A stretch of 63,839 bases of DNA, the filler included, from Octopus bimaculoides (Eukaryota): the NCBI RefSeq assembly GCF_001194135.2. It is 5 parts of 5 records of this genome, joined end to end, with 100 filler letters (N's around TTAATTAATTAA, not from the genome) between each part and the next. Parts side by side here need not be neighbours in the genome. Positions count along the whole stretch, not along the records: positions 1 to 28,827 come from NC_068985.1; 4 more parts are not named here. One strand, 5' to 3'. Within the stretch, counting starts at the first letter, position 1. The number at the start of each line of letters is the position of its first letter. The translations under genes were made by a program, and so were the position numbers. The notes beneath the pieces were generated by a model that saw nothing but the letters and a program-made list of their open reading frames with translations, was not told the origin of the DNA and did no database searches. Shown here piece by piece: positions 12,690 to 25,704 of this stretch.

Positions 12690-14900
12690 AAGTTCATGAC
12701 TGGAATATCAGTAAGCACCTTCGCTTTTCCTCATCTATTGTTGTAATATCTGATTTATTATTTTCTAGCTTCTTGTCAACTTGGAGACGAATGTCCAAGA
12801 AATGGTACTCCAACTCCAATACTCTTTCGAATTGATGATTATACGATGTGTTTCCAGCTTCAAAACTCTTTCGCAGGCTCCAGCGTAAAAGTTTTACAGC
12901 ATGGTTGTGCCTCAATTTCTTATAGATTTCCTGTGCCAACTTAGGACATTCTTCCACAATGTGTGCCACTGTTTCGTTCCAAGTTCCACAGGTTCTACAT
13001 TTTTCTGACACATTCTCTCCAAACATATTTTTCTCAAGTTGTTTGTTTTTATCGCTTGAACTTGGGCTGCTAGAATTAGGATCTCTGTTGTATTTCTTAA
13101 TTACTCCACTTCTAACCAAGCTCAGCATTTTGTTCCAAACATGTTTTCAGTGGCTCTCCAAAATTGGCCACGCAGAGGTTTATCTTTTATCTGTCTGACG
13201 TGCTCTCTTTGTATTTCATTCTTGTCCTTTACTCCTACTACGCGCTTCATCATCTGTCCTTTCTTAAATACTTTTAGTGGGTTTTCTGTGCCACTCCGTA
13301 AATACTCTACTAGACTTTTTCTTCCCACCTGTACAAATTCTTTTGCTATTAAGTCCCTTACACCCTAATCTCTCCTCAAGTACAGCCGGTTGATATCAGC
13401 TTTGGGATGGTGGACTCCATACATCAAGAGGTACCTATTTTCTTTTCTGTCAAGATTCTTTATATCGTTTCTGGTCCATATCTGATTAAGCGCACTGCTT
13501 TTGAATTTAGTGCTTCAATGAGATTTTTCGGATTCATCTTTGACTGCAATACTTTTTTGACACTCCTTGTGTACTCTCAACCAGTAATTTGTTTTATTTC
13601 ATTTTTTGTTATCTCATCTGCTTCTAGTATTCCAAGGTGCTTACACGACTGTCCTTTCTCGACTGCTTTCATTGTTTTCTCAGTTGACTTTTCAATTTCC
13701 TGGCTTCTTTCAAATCTTCCTCGTATCATTTTCAATATAGCGCACATTTCTGTCCCAAATTCCATACCTACGTCATTTGAGTACATGCGGATAGTATGTA
13801 AAAAACTCTCAAGCTGTTTGTCATTTTTCACATAACCATCCGTGAAAAGGAGATGATTTTATATCATCCATGAAAAGGAGAGGAATTTTCTGACCATGTC
13901 CTTTTCCCATTGTTCTTCCAAACATGCTCAGTGTCTTTTTACTTATCCAGCTGTGTAGTACCATGTCATATTCTTTTCTTTAATCTAGCCATGTCTACAA
14001 TTTCTAATTATCATTTTATTAATTAACAAGTGATCTTTTGTTAACCTACTTTGTTTCCTTCATCCATTTCACTCATCTGTTGGCAGATTGTTATTTCCAG
14101 AAAATTATATAACTCTTCCGCCAAGACACCAGTCATAAGCTTACACATTAGTGGTAAACAGGTTATAGCTCTAAACATTGATACCGAGTTCCCTTTCAAG
14201 GTATCCTTCAGGCAGAGAAGCGTAATCCACTTCTCATCCCGTCAGGGATGTGACCTTCCTGCAGGCATTCGTCCAGGTGCGCAGCGATACTTTCATACAA
14301 CCGTGTAAAGTCCTTCAGCCTGTAACCTTGTAACTCATCCCGTCCTGGTCCTTTCCAATTTGCAATTTCTTAAAACTTCTGTCTCAATGTATATATAGAT
14401 TAATTCTGACTTCATTTTAACTCGGTACAGTTTCAAGTTATCTTTCCATTTTTGTTAGCATCCACACTTTCTTTATATCTCGCCGGTCTGTTCCACAGCC
14501 TTCCCCACAATTCTTTACTTTCTTCCGCATATGGATTCAGCTCCTAGTGTTGGCCTCCTTTCATTTTCTCAACATGAAGCATTCTATGTGAATGGAACAG
14601 TCTATCCTGTTGAACACATTTGCATCTATCATAATATCTTTTCAATTTGGCCTTTAATGCTGTCACCTTTTATGCCAATTCTTTATGTACTGTCTGTTTT
14701 CCACTTTCCTGTAACCTGTACTGCCCATTAAATTTTCTGATTACTTCTTTATTCCTGACCTCTCTAATTATCCTGTTCAATTGCTTTAGTTCCTTCCGTA
14801 TCTTTTCCAACTTCATTCGTATTCTATTCCTCCAGTTTGGTTCTTTCTTTTCATTTGTTATTATATCTTCAGTTTTTCGCGTGTAGCCTACTACGTTAGC
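12690..14900 (-). mobile_element. Second R4/Dong family copy: RT N-terminus to CCHC and start of RLE, multiply disrupted
   Basis: NWKGPGRDELQGY; [23 protein letters not shown]; MEFGTEMCAILKMIRG; KHLGILEAD; KCRTCGTWNETVAHIVEECPKLAQ. Confidence 0.9.
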
Positions 14901-15022
14901 TACGACATTAGCAGCAGCTATGATACGCTGGTTTGTTTCACTGATGTTTTGTTTTAATCAAGCTTACAACGTCATTTGCTTTGCCTGTGGCTTTCCTCAG
15001 TTGTTTTCTATTCATATATCTT

Positions 15023-15242
15023 TCTTTATTGCCTAGAAGGGGCTAAATACAGAGGGGACAGTTAAGGGGAATAAGTCGATTACATCGACCCCAGTGCATA
15101 ACTGGTACTTATTTCATCAACCCCGAAAGGATGAAAGGCAAAGTCGACCAAGGCGGTATTTAAACTCTGTATGTAACGGCAGACGAAATACCGCTAAGCA
15201 TTTCGACAGGCGTGCTAACCATTCTGCCAGCTCGTCGCCTTA
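15023..15242 (-). mobile_element. tRNA-head SINE family B, near full length
   Basis: Minus strand TAAGGCGACGAGCTGGCAGAATGGTTAGCACG...GTCGACTTTGCCTTTCATCCTTTCGGGG...AAGTACCAG; highly similar to 63655-63839. Confidence 0.9.
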
Positions 15243-15923
15243 TTGTTTTCTATCCATATATCTTACATTTGGTGGTACTTCATCGTTCTCATCAGTTACT
15301 TTATCTCGCAACATTTCTAAAATCCCACCCCCCTACATCATTCATTTCTTGTGCAGTACTTAATGTCACTTGTCCATCTAGATCGTCTTCATTGGTTACT
15401 TTATCAGTATTCTCTGGTACTCTGTGGTTTCCATCTTTTTCATGTTTTTCATCTTTTACCACTTCCTTACCGCTCTCTGCTACTGCTGTTTCACTCTCCT
15501 TCTACTCCTTTTTTTTTATTATCTTTCTCTGAATTTCTTCATTCTCTGCTCCCGTAATCGTTTCTATGGATTTCTCTTGCGTAATCAATCAGTCGCTGGG
15601 CGGGTGCTTAAATACTTCCATTTTCGTCCGATATTCTCTTCGTTTGATTGTTGTAGCCATTTTTTCATTTGGCTCACTTCTCAACCAGCATTCTATTATT
15701 ATTTTGTGTACTTCTATATCCGTTTTCATTTTTTTTTCGTTTACACTTTCGACTGCTATTTTGGCCCCTGATAAATAGCTTAGTGACGACCTGCCGGAGC
15801 TTGATCAGACGCTTCCAGCCTGCCACGGGTGACACCGTCACTCTTAACAGTTCTAGTCCAGATAGCACAGTTGTGGTTACTTTTTGATTTGGACATCACT
15901 CATCATCACAAAATCATTAACAA

Positions 15924-16094
15924 GCTGAGATAAATGCCTGGCGGCATTTCGTCCGTGACAATGTCCTGAGTTCAAATTACACCGAGGTCAAATTTAACTT
16001 TCATTCTTTCGCAGTCGATAAATCATGTACCTGTGAAACACTGGGGTTGATATAATCGACTATTCCCCTCCCCCAAATTTCAGGATTTGTGCCT
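15924..16094 (+). mobile_element. SINE family B, diverged copy
   Basis: GGCATTTCGTCC...GAGTTCAAAT...TTTCATTCTTTCGCAGTCGATAAA...GGGGTTGATATAATCGAC. Confidence 0.8.
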
Positions 16095-19000
16095 GCTTGT
16101 TGTTAATTTTGTTGTCGTTTTTATTGTTGTGGTTGTTAGTGATTCTGTTGATTTTTTAGGTATAATTTTTTCTATTCCACTGATTTTATCTGACACTTCC
16201 ATCGATTTTCAATTCATTTCTAATATATTTTATGATATAGATACCAATTAAATCCTTGAGTTGATGCAATAGCCAATAACCTTCCGTAGAATTTGAATCC
16301 TGATACCATCATGATACCAAATTGTTATGACAAGTTTTATTGTTTACGTCATTGCGATTTGCATATGTTAATTTCTGTAGGTGTATGAATGAATCCATGA
16401 ATAATTTGCGAAAAATTCTTTCCGAATATGAAACAAATTATACTTGTTATGAAGATTAGAATCAAATAGCAAATTAGCTTCTAATTTTATGAAACCTACT
16501 GATGTTGCACGAATTTTAACATAATAAATAGTGAATGCTTTCAACAAAGCTACGAGTAAGGCTTCAAGGAAATAATAAATAACAATACAATATAGTAAAA
16601 ATAATCAGTAAATCTTTAACATTTGTTACAAAACATAGATAAAATAATAAGGCAGCTAATTTACAAAATTATTTCATGATAATAAAAATACAAAGATTCG
16701 ATTAGAAATTTGGTAAAAATACTATGAAACATCTAAGAAGTTATTTTCTGAGAAAAAACTGAAAATTTAAATTAATAGACAGATGTGATTTGTCTAGTTA
16801 CTTGGTTTATATGAAAAAGAAGGAAAAATGATGTGTGAGTTCTAATAAACATGCCTTTTTAAATATTGGTATACTCGAAGTAAAATTGCTTCCATTAATA
16901 ATTGAAACTAAATGATGATGCCAATTCTTTGCTTTACGAATTACACGACATTCAAAACCCATAAATAATAAATATAAAATGTGAAAAAATTAAATAAATT
17001 TTCAAGCAATAATATATTTGTCATCATGAAGTCTTCAGCAATTTCCTGAGTTTTATAGTAACCAATAACTCGGGATGGTTTCGCAAAGTATTAACCATTC
17101 TTGTGAAACTTAAAGTAAGTTTAAATTTACGTCAGTTTCTTTAACATTAAGCCAAATTAAAGTATGTGAACACTTTTGTATATGGTCTTGTTCTCAGTTA
17201 AACATGGAATTGCATTTATCAAAATCTACAGACGCAGTTAAATGGAGGCAGATTTTAGATTAGGCGAAGCTAAAATAAGTACATTTCATTTCATTTCCCA
17301 TATATTTAACTTTCTTCTATCCTCCTGCTTGAAAGTAGATTAAGTAGCTCTATCCTTTCAAGCCCACTTTTCCGTCAATTACTCAGTATCAGATTATCTT
17401 CACTCATTCTAAATAATAAGTAATGTTTCTTGCTGATAAATGGCCTAAATTTCCCCGACAGCGTGAACACTGTCTGTTGATGTCAGTTTATCAGGACTTC
17501 TACTGGTGCCAAATCACTCACACTATTCTTAATTTCCAAGCAACAATATTACTTCCTTGTTAATCACGCTGGAGGTGAAGACCATTTATATTGATGTTAC
17601 TCTGCTGATAGTGATAGAGGTGATATTGGTGTTCTTAGTGATAATGATAGAAAGTTCTAATTAGACGACAATTTATTTCAGGCATGTATCTATCTATCAC
17701 TTACTCTAGATTACGGTTGGCATTAGTTAATGCTTTATCACAGACTCTGTTGTTTAAATTTTCTAGAATATATATCATTCCGGAGATTTCTAGGACACAC
17801 TTCATTCCTGCAATAATTTTCTTCTAATTAAATTGTAGTACGAGAAATTACTGCTGGTATTTTAATGATGATATCTGGATCTGGAAAAAGATTTGGAAGC
17901 AAAATAGGAAATTCATTTATGATTTTGTACCTCAAGAAATGTAGGCGCAAATAAAATGAAAATGGATACCCAATGAATGAAAGAAATGTCATTGATTTGA
18001 AAGTAATGGAAATGTAAGAGTGAAATGCTGAAGAAACTTACCTGGTGTATTCAGAGGAGCATTGAATGAGTCAAATATACTTGAAATATTAAAAAATTCC
18101 AATAAAAATGTGTTGAGAAATGAAAGAAAACTACTAAGTTTATTTAAATCTAAAAATCAAAATAAGTACTCCAAAACATATGTAGTATTATTACAGAAGG
18201 GAATATGCGAGAATGATTTACTTGTTAAATTAGCTCACAAACGAAGGAGACATTACGTTGCCACTAGACTCCATACAAAACAGTAATTAATTATCCTTCC
18301 TCGCCTTAAATAACCTGGGGTTAAAACACAACTACAATGTTGGCAGTATTTCTTTACAACCAGTTGATATCTACAATGATTGGTATTTGAAAAGTATTCT
18401 TCCACACTATCATGATATACTTTCCCAGTAATCGCTGGTGTAATCAGTGAAGAATGTCACTCAATACACAATAGATACCTGTTTCGGATCCAGTTAGCAG
18501 GCGTGTTTTTCCAAAAATACATCTGTTAATCAAATTACTCTACATTGCACATGTTTGCACATGAAACAATAAGTTTTTCTTCGTTGATTTTGATTCCTTG
18601 CTACCATGTTTGTCGTGTTGCTTGGCAACTTTCAAGTTCTGTAGCGTTGGGAACCATAACATCCGTACTCTTTACTATCATCTTTCCTCTGCTAGTCTCC
18701 ATCTGATAAAGGTTTTCATGGTATATCGTCCTAGTCTTACTAAATCATCTGTGTTTCTGATACAATCATGATTTTAAATTTTCAAATATTTCCCCCAAAC
18801 GTTGGGGGACATATATTCTCAAACGTATACGATTCTCTTTTACACAGTACTTTTATATTTGTGCAGGCAAACGTGGATGCTGAGCAACATTCTGTACAGT
18901 AAGGAATACAGCGTCTATAATTTTACGATTCTGCGTTTCACATCAGTTTCAATTTTAGGATTATCGCATAAACATAACAAAACTTACCCCACAATTTCAA

Positions 19001-19096
19001 GATTTCTACAGCATATTTTACATTGCGCATGTTTTGGTCATCTCTTCAGTAATATCCATCGACTTCGCTGTTGTTGCTTCATCTCTAGTTCTCATA

Positions 19097-19177
19097 TATA
19101 TTATATTATATTATATTATATTATATTATATTATATTATATTATATTATATTATATTACATTACATTATATTATATT
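19097..19177. repeat. (ATATT)n pentanucleotide microsatellite
   Basis: Direct inspection. Confidence 0.95.
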
Positions 19178-19256
19178 AGAGGAACAATGAAAACCAAGAC
19201 AGAATGAGTATCTCAAGTCATTTAAAATAATTTAATAAGGTTAAGATAAATTTGAA

Positions 19257-19332
19257 GCCTTACAGCTGTTTCTGGGATAACCCAAGTGGTTGGTTAGCAT
19301 GTCCGTGCACTGGGTATTCCGTCATCAGAGAC
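19257..19332 (-). ncRNA. Putative minimal type I hammerhead ribozyme (PLE pseudo-LTR type)
   Basis: Minus strand GTCT-CTGATGA-[CGGAATACCCAGTG..CACTTGGGTTATCCCA]-GAAA-CAGCTG-TA-AGGC. Core intact, stem I 4 bp, long stem II, palindromic stem III, GUA triplet. Confidence 0.7.
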
Positions 19333-22299
19333 AAGGTTTGAATATTTTATACGCGGAAAAGTTACAGTTTACAAGGAATAATATTCACAGTTTGTTCATT
19401 TTACTCTAATTAAATTATTCTAAATTAGTTAAAATACTCGTTTTGCTTTGATATTCATTTTACCTCTACTGTAATATATACATACTATAACGGAAACCTA
19501 ATACGGAGCGCGAGATCCAGCCTCGGCTGTGATTTTGAAATCTAATGGTCGACGAACTATAGCACATATCCAGCGTACATATTCGTTTAGATCACAGGTG
19601 AACTAAACATCTCATATTCTTTATATATATATATATATATATATNNNNNNNNNNNNNNNNNNNNNNNNNNNNNNNNNNNNNNNNNNNNNNNNNNNNNNNN
19701 NNNNNNNNNNNNNNNNNNNNNNNNNNNNNNNNNNNNNNNNNNNNNNNNNNNNNNNNNNNNNNNNNNNNNNNNNNNNNNNNNNNNNNNNNNNNNNNNNNNN
19801 NNNNNNNNNNNNNNNNNNNNNNNNNNNNNNNNNNNNNNNNNNNNNNNNNNNNNNNNNNNNNNNNNNNNNNNNNNNNNNNNNNNNNNNNNNNNNNNNNNNN
19901 NNNNNNNNNNNNNNNNNNNNNNNNNNNNNNNNNNNNNNNNNNNNNNNNNNNNNNNNNNNNNNNNNNNNNNNNNNNNNGATGACAATCCTCAACCATTGGA
20001 AATTTAGAACTTGAATCAAACAGTTTTATCCCTCCGCCACACACATATATAGTGGGTATGCATGTACTTGCGTTTGAATATGTGTACTAGCAGTGTAAAT
20101 ATCTAATTCAGGTATTAATTACAAACGTATTTTTCCTTTTATTTTTCTTTATTACCTTCAAGTTGATCCGGTAGATTGATATTTTCGCAAATATTTCATA
20201 CATTTCATTTACAACAGAATTCTGCTGAGCCGAAGCCTTATTCTCTACGGTAAGCTAAGCAGAACGCCAATTTAGTTTACTTTTAACCTCGCTATTCCAG
20301 AATTATGAGAATTTACAGCTAAATCTTCTTCTAAATTAAACTAGAATCTTAGAAAAGTCATTAGTGGTATCGCACCCTGCTTATTATTTATATACGCCAA
20401 AATAGTCAGAATTAAAATGTCTTCGATCATTAGATTGCCGGTCCGCATAGCTGAGCAAAGCACATGAAATGTTCAGTTCATTTTTGTAGGTATAGTTTAT
20501 GGTGTGAGATATTTCTGCTCTTAAGTTGCTCTGAAAATAAAATAGTTTAATTTTCAACGGGCTTGAGACATGTAATATCGCACATTTTTTTTTATTAAAT
20601 AGACTGATCATTATTAAATATATTGATTAGGTCCATACATGGGCAGAAATGTTTCGAATAAAATCTTAATATTTTAAGATATATTCAGATCCTGAGATTA
20701 TCAAATTTCGTTCTTCACCTTTTGAAGCAGACAAAATACTAAGTTGAGTAAATCACTCAATTGAATCCATGTCACAAATATGTAGCATTTCTACGCAGAG
20801 ATAATATTCTTGTCGCTTTAATATACATAAAAGACCATTAAAACTCATGCGAAATCTTGGGGGTAGAATTTATCGCAGATATCTGAGAACGGAGGGCGTT
20901 GTCAATTTATTTTACCTTTCCTTCTCAGCTATTTTTGTTACTCAGTTTCATTTCACTCGCTGCTCTATATGAAGGCGTTTCTTAATGTTATATCTAATTA
21001 AAGAGCCAAGGTAATATGTAAATAGTCTTTCTCTTATCAATAGCCACTTTTCAAAACTAACGCAGAGATAAAAAAAATAATTATGTTAAATATCACTCAG
21101 GGTACATTTTCAGCACAATGAGACACATATTTATGCTAGCGTGCACACACTGAAACACACAATATGTAGGTACGTTGATGAGAACATATTTTTTAAATGA
21201 ACATATGAACATGTATTGATATATATTTATATGTGCGTTGCACGAGCGTGTATTTGTGTGAATAGCTACACACATAAACACACAAGTTTGTGCTTAGTTT
21301 TAGCTAAAGTTTATATGCTGTATTAACTTAAAATTGTCATGTAAACACTTGTGGCGAAACATAACACTTAAATATGTTTGTCTCGAAATGTTTCTAATTA
21401 AGGAAACAAGAACATTATGAAAAACAAAAAGAACTCAAACTGAAAGATATCATCAAACAAAATACAAACGTGCCTTGTTAGAAATTCGAAGGATCAGGTG
21501 TTGATATTCTAAACAGAAATATTTTCATAAAAATTTTCTTTCTTAGATTTGTTTTAACTTTATTCCATAACCTATAAAATATAAAATAACATGAACATGC
21601 TAAAAATATTTGCAAATTATCATTTTGTTTTGTAAATATTGTTGCAGATCGCTGTTAATAAGAATGTTTGCTCAATGATACTTCGATTTTTCTCCTGATA
21701 GCAAATCAGATTTGGACAAATGTAATAGTACTTTCTTCCTCATTTTATAATGTTATTAACCCTCATCTGCATTTTATGTAATTCGTTTATTTCTATTTTA
21801 TCAAAGTAATGATCATTCCTACAGTTTAGCTGAGAAAATTCAATAGGTTTTATTTATTTGTTTGAATTATTTACATTCTCAGGATCTCAGCTGCATGATG
21901 TTAAGGCATTTAATTATTCAGAAAAAAGTGTAAAAACCTGGCAAAATATAACCAAAAATACAAGCATAAGTTTTTTTAACTTTTGATATTTTAGAAATAT
22001 TCAACTTGAACTTTGGTTAAATTTGTTTCCATTTCTTTCCTTTTTTACTTTTGCATTTTTGTGAATATTATATCTGTAGATGACTCTGAAAACTCTGAAA
22101 ATTCAGATGATAAAATAATCATTTTCTGGTGATATTTTAAGATATTTCTTCTCCGAATCTAAGCTCTCCTCCCTGTTTCAAATCTTCTGAATTCTACAAT
22201 GAGAAGGCTTTCAAATATTCTTAAAACTCAAGCTGTTTAAGGATTTCTCCGTTTAAGTTAAATCTTTTATTGATCTTCGTCTCTACAGATATTCAATAT

Positions 22300-22495
22300 G
22301 TAGTTAGGGCATTCTGCTGGTAAGTTCGATAACCGGCATCTCGTTGTGTCCAAGAAACTTTATTTCATGTTGCACCAGTGAGTTCGGCTGGCAATAATGA
22401 GTTGTGCTTGTAATTCAAAGGGACATCCTTGTCACATCCTGTGACACGCTGAATATCCCTGAGAACAACGTTTTGGGTACGGGTGCTTTTTTCAA
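22300..22495 (+). mobile_element. Diverged SINE-like repeat
   Basis: B-box-like AAGTTCGATAACCGG followed by a SINE-type body (CCAAGAAACTTTATTTCATGTTGCACCAGT). Confidence 0.45.
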
Positions 22496-24009
22496 ATATT
22501 TTTATGTTTTATATGTTCAAGATAAGGGATCTTTTTAAATAATAATGGGCGATTGAAAAATAAACAAGACTGTTTAAGTTGACGTATGATCTCATAATTT
22601 CAGTTCATGATAAACTTGAACTGAGATGGATAAAAGTGAAAATACTGAAAATTGGTAAAAATAATGACGTAGTCGTAAATGATATCAAAATGCTTTTTCT
22701 TTTTTTGATAATCATTTGAAAGGTAGATACAAGCCCGGAGAAAAGCTTCAATGCTTACTATCGAGTCTATTACTTGACCAATACTTAATTTTGTCGACGT
22801 CAGTGGGATAAAAGACAAAACTAGTTACAGTTAATTTTTATTCCAAACCCTACAGAGATAAAGAAATGAACGGTATCTTAAAAGATTTCTTAAGATACTC
22901 TAACGATTCTTCTTTTTCGTCTTCTACTGATTTAGGTACGAAACCAGTAGTTCCGAAGTGAGGGCTCAAAAGGAAAACCTCCTAATACTAAAACATATGA
23001 TATTTATTCGATACATAGGGCTGCAAAAGGTTTGCTGGCCTTCTGTCTAAATCAGAAATATTTAAGGGTAGGTCAAAACATTTATCTGACATTCGAATGA
23101 TTCTGCCAGCTCACCGCCCTAATTCGTTCTAATGAAGAAGTGTTAATAGGAGGGAGTTAGATGTTTACACGAACCTCATTGTACGACTGGGATCGACGTA
23201 ATCGGCATTTTAATTGTCTCTGACGAATTAGAGGAAAGTAGACTCGGATGGCATTTGAACATATAAATATCATGCATCATCTATTTCCGAGACACTAAAG
23301 AATCAGCAAGTCACCTTGATTATAAGTAACAACAATTTCAAATATTCGCACAAATCCAATAATTCCTTTGTGAGGAGAGGGACATTTGATTTCTTTTTAC
23401 AACCCCAAAATGAGCAATGTAATATTGACATCGAGTGGATTTTAAATCAGAATGGAAAGATCTAGAACAAATGTCGCTAAGCATCTTTTACGACGCGCTT
23501 AGTGATTCTGGCTTCTAGTAGTAAGAATTAAAATAATAGCAATGATAACAACAATAATAATTATTATAATAATCATTTCTATAATCGGTACAAGACCTGA
23601 CATTTTGCGGTGAGCGGGGTGAGTAGTCGATTACATCCACTCAAGTGGAATTGTTTGCTCCGCATTGAAATTATTTTCACACTGGTGGCTGCCATGATTC
23701 GGCGCCAAATAGGTCAGTTGCAGCGCAGTCTTCAGCGTGACGGGTTGGTGTTCTCCATCTTGGTATTGCGTGCTGAGCAATGTGAGGCTATTATGACAGT
23801 CCAAGAACAGATCCACGTGAGTCCAAGTACTTGAATGCATGCCGAGAGATTGACTTAGCCCGTTCGTCTTTGGACGGTTGATTTCTGTAGTTACTATCAG
23901 TGTATTTTGACTCTTTATGTTAATCACACTGTAGAAGGCCAAAATGAGAAAGAGTTTCTGATACAGTCATCCATGTAACTTACAAATTTTCACCAACGTA
24001 GCTAGGTGA

Positions 24010-24450
24010 TATTTGTCGATGAATAAGAAGCATTGTCCCAGGGGCAGAAGTGCTACAAGCTTTCAACTCACATAACGTTAAGGTGCTCTATTCCAGTGGC
24101 AAACATGAACCTGCTACCAGCAACACAAGCACCAGCCCCAAACTCTATATCCCGAAAACCTACGAATATCCGTCTAGGACTATCTGCCTCTAAAGAGATA
24201 TAGCCTACAGAGTCACCCTCACACCATCGGATGGCATCAAAAGGTACAACACAGACATGACAGCCAGGGAAGGTACACGCATACTCAAGAATGAAACCAC
24301 AACATCGAATGGGCTATAATAGCTAAAGCTCCCTATTACTCACGCGGAACCCGCAATTGCTAACTCTGTCTCCCCGAAAGAGATATGACCTCCTGTTGAA
24401 CGGGAAAATACTGGTTGCCGAGTAGCCAGATACACAACGCTGACATTGGC
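24010..24450 (+). mobile_element. Penelope-like element linker and GIY-YIG fragment, decayed
   Basis: Frameshifted translation AFNSHNVKVLYSS..ICL*RDIAYRVTLTPSDGIKRY..NIEWAIIAKAPYYSRGTRNC*LCL. Confidence 0.65.
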
Positions 24451-25166
24451 AACATCTCATCACTGCCTATACTATATCCAAGCACAGAGTTCTTAACTAC
24501 AGACGCACACAGACACACTCACACTCATACGCACGCACACGCGCACGCACACACACGATACACACGATACACACGATACACACACATATGTATATATATA
24601 TATATATATATTTTATTTATTTATGTGTGTGTGTATATATACATATATATATATATANNNNNNNNNNNNNNNNNNNNNNNNNNNNNNNNNNNNNNNNNNN
24701 NNNNNNNNNNNNNNNNNNNNNNNNNNNNNNNNNNNNNNNNNNNNNNNNNNNNNNNNNNNNNNNNNNNNNNNNNNNNNNNNNNNNNNNNNNNNNNNNNNNN
24801 NNNNNNNNNNNNNNNNNNNNNNNNNNNNNNNNNNNNNNNNNNNNNNNNNNNNNNNNNNNNNNNNNNNNNNNNNNNNNNNNNNNNNNNNNNNNNNNNNNNN
24901 NNNNNNNNNNNNNNNNNNNNNNNNNNNNNNNNNNNNNNNNNNNNNNNNNNNNNNNNNNNNNNNNNNNNNNNNNNNNNNNNNNNNNNNNNNNNNNNNNNNN
25001 NNNNNNNNNNNNNNNNNNNNNNNNNNNNNNNNNNNNNNNNNNNNNNNNNNNNNNNNNNNNNNNNNNNNNNNNNNNNNNNNNNNNNNNNNNNACACACGAT
25101 ACACACACATATGTATATATATAATTAATATTTATCGCCAAGCCAACATGGCAGTCCCCAAAATAG

Positions 25167-25639
25167 GACGAATGCTGCCGTTGATTAGCTCCAAGAAGCC
25201 ATCGCCTCTAGCTAGCTATGTTACACACGAACTTGTGTCCATTATGACCTTCGAACAAGGGAGGTCAGCTGCTTCCCTTTGCTGGTCTGGCATCTCCAGA
25301 CTAGTTTCGGTGTATTGCCCCTTATCAATGTAGAGCAGCCGAACCCAGCAGGCATCGCTACTGACCGTCTGTACGAAGGATTATTTATCTAAATTCAGTG
25401 GTATACATCCACTGGTTCTCAAAAATAGAGATATTAATATTTCTAAGTCTCTCTAAAGGAGACTACGGCAGTGGTACTGGATATTAATAGTTATCGCCAG
25501 TCCAAAAAATAGGACTAGCTAGCTAGAGGCGATGGCTATTTGGAGCTAATCAACGGCTGCATTCGTCTTGGGGATAACTATTAATATCCAGTACCGCTGC
25601 CGTAGTCTTCTTTAGAGAGACTTAGAAATATTAATATCT
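25167..25639. repeat. Two interleaved inverted repeats (A..B..A'..B') in pseudo-LTR-like sequence
   Basis: A 25167-25218 / A' 25516-25567 (49/52 match); B 25429-25495 / B' 25573-25639 (65/67 match). Confidence 0.9.
25293..25334 (-). ncRNA. Degenerate minimal hammerhead motif
   Basis: Minus strand TCTACA-TTGATAA-GGGCAATACACC-GAAA-CTAG-TC-TGGAGA. Two core substitutions, palindromic ACTAGT, GUC triplet, stem I 5/6 bp. Confidence 0.45.
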
Positions 25640-25650
25640 GTATATATAAT

Positions 25651-25704
<54 letters not shown>

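Noticed and set aside
15180-15242. tRNA genes (also 1290-1350 and 56290-56340)
   Set aside because: A/B-box-like heads continue into SINE bodies and have no complete cloverleaf
20218-20249. 32-nt micro-exon candidate (CAG | ... | GTAAGC) on the plus strand
   Set aside because: Splice-like words are common in AT-rich DNA; no partner exons or recognisable peptide
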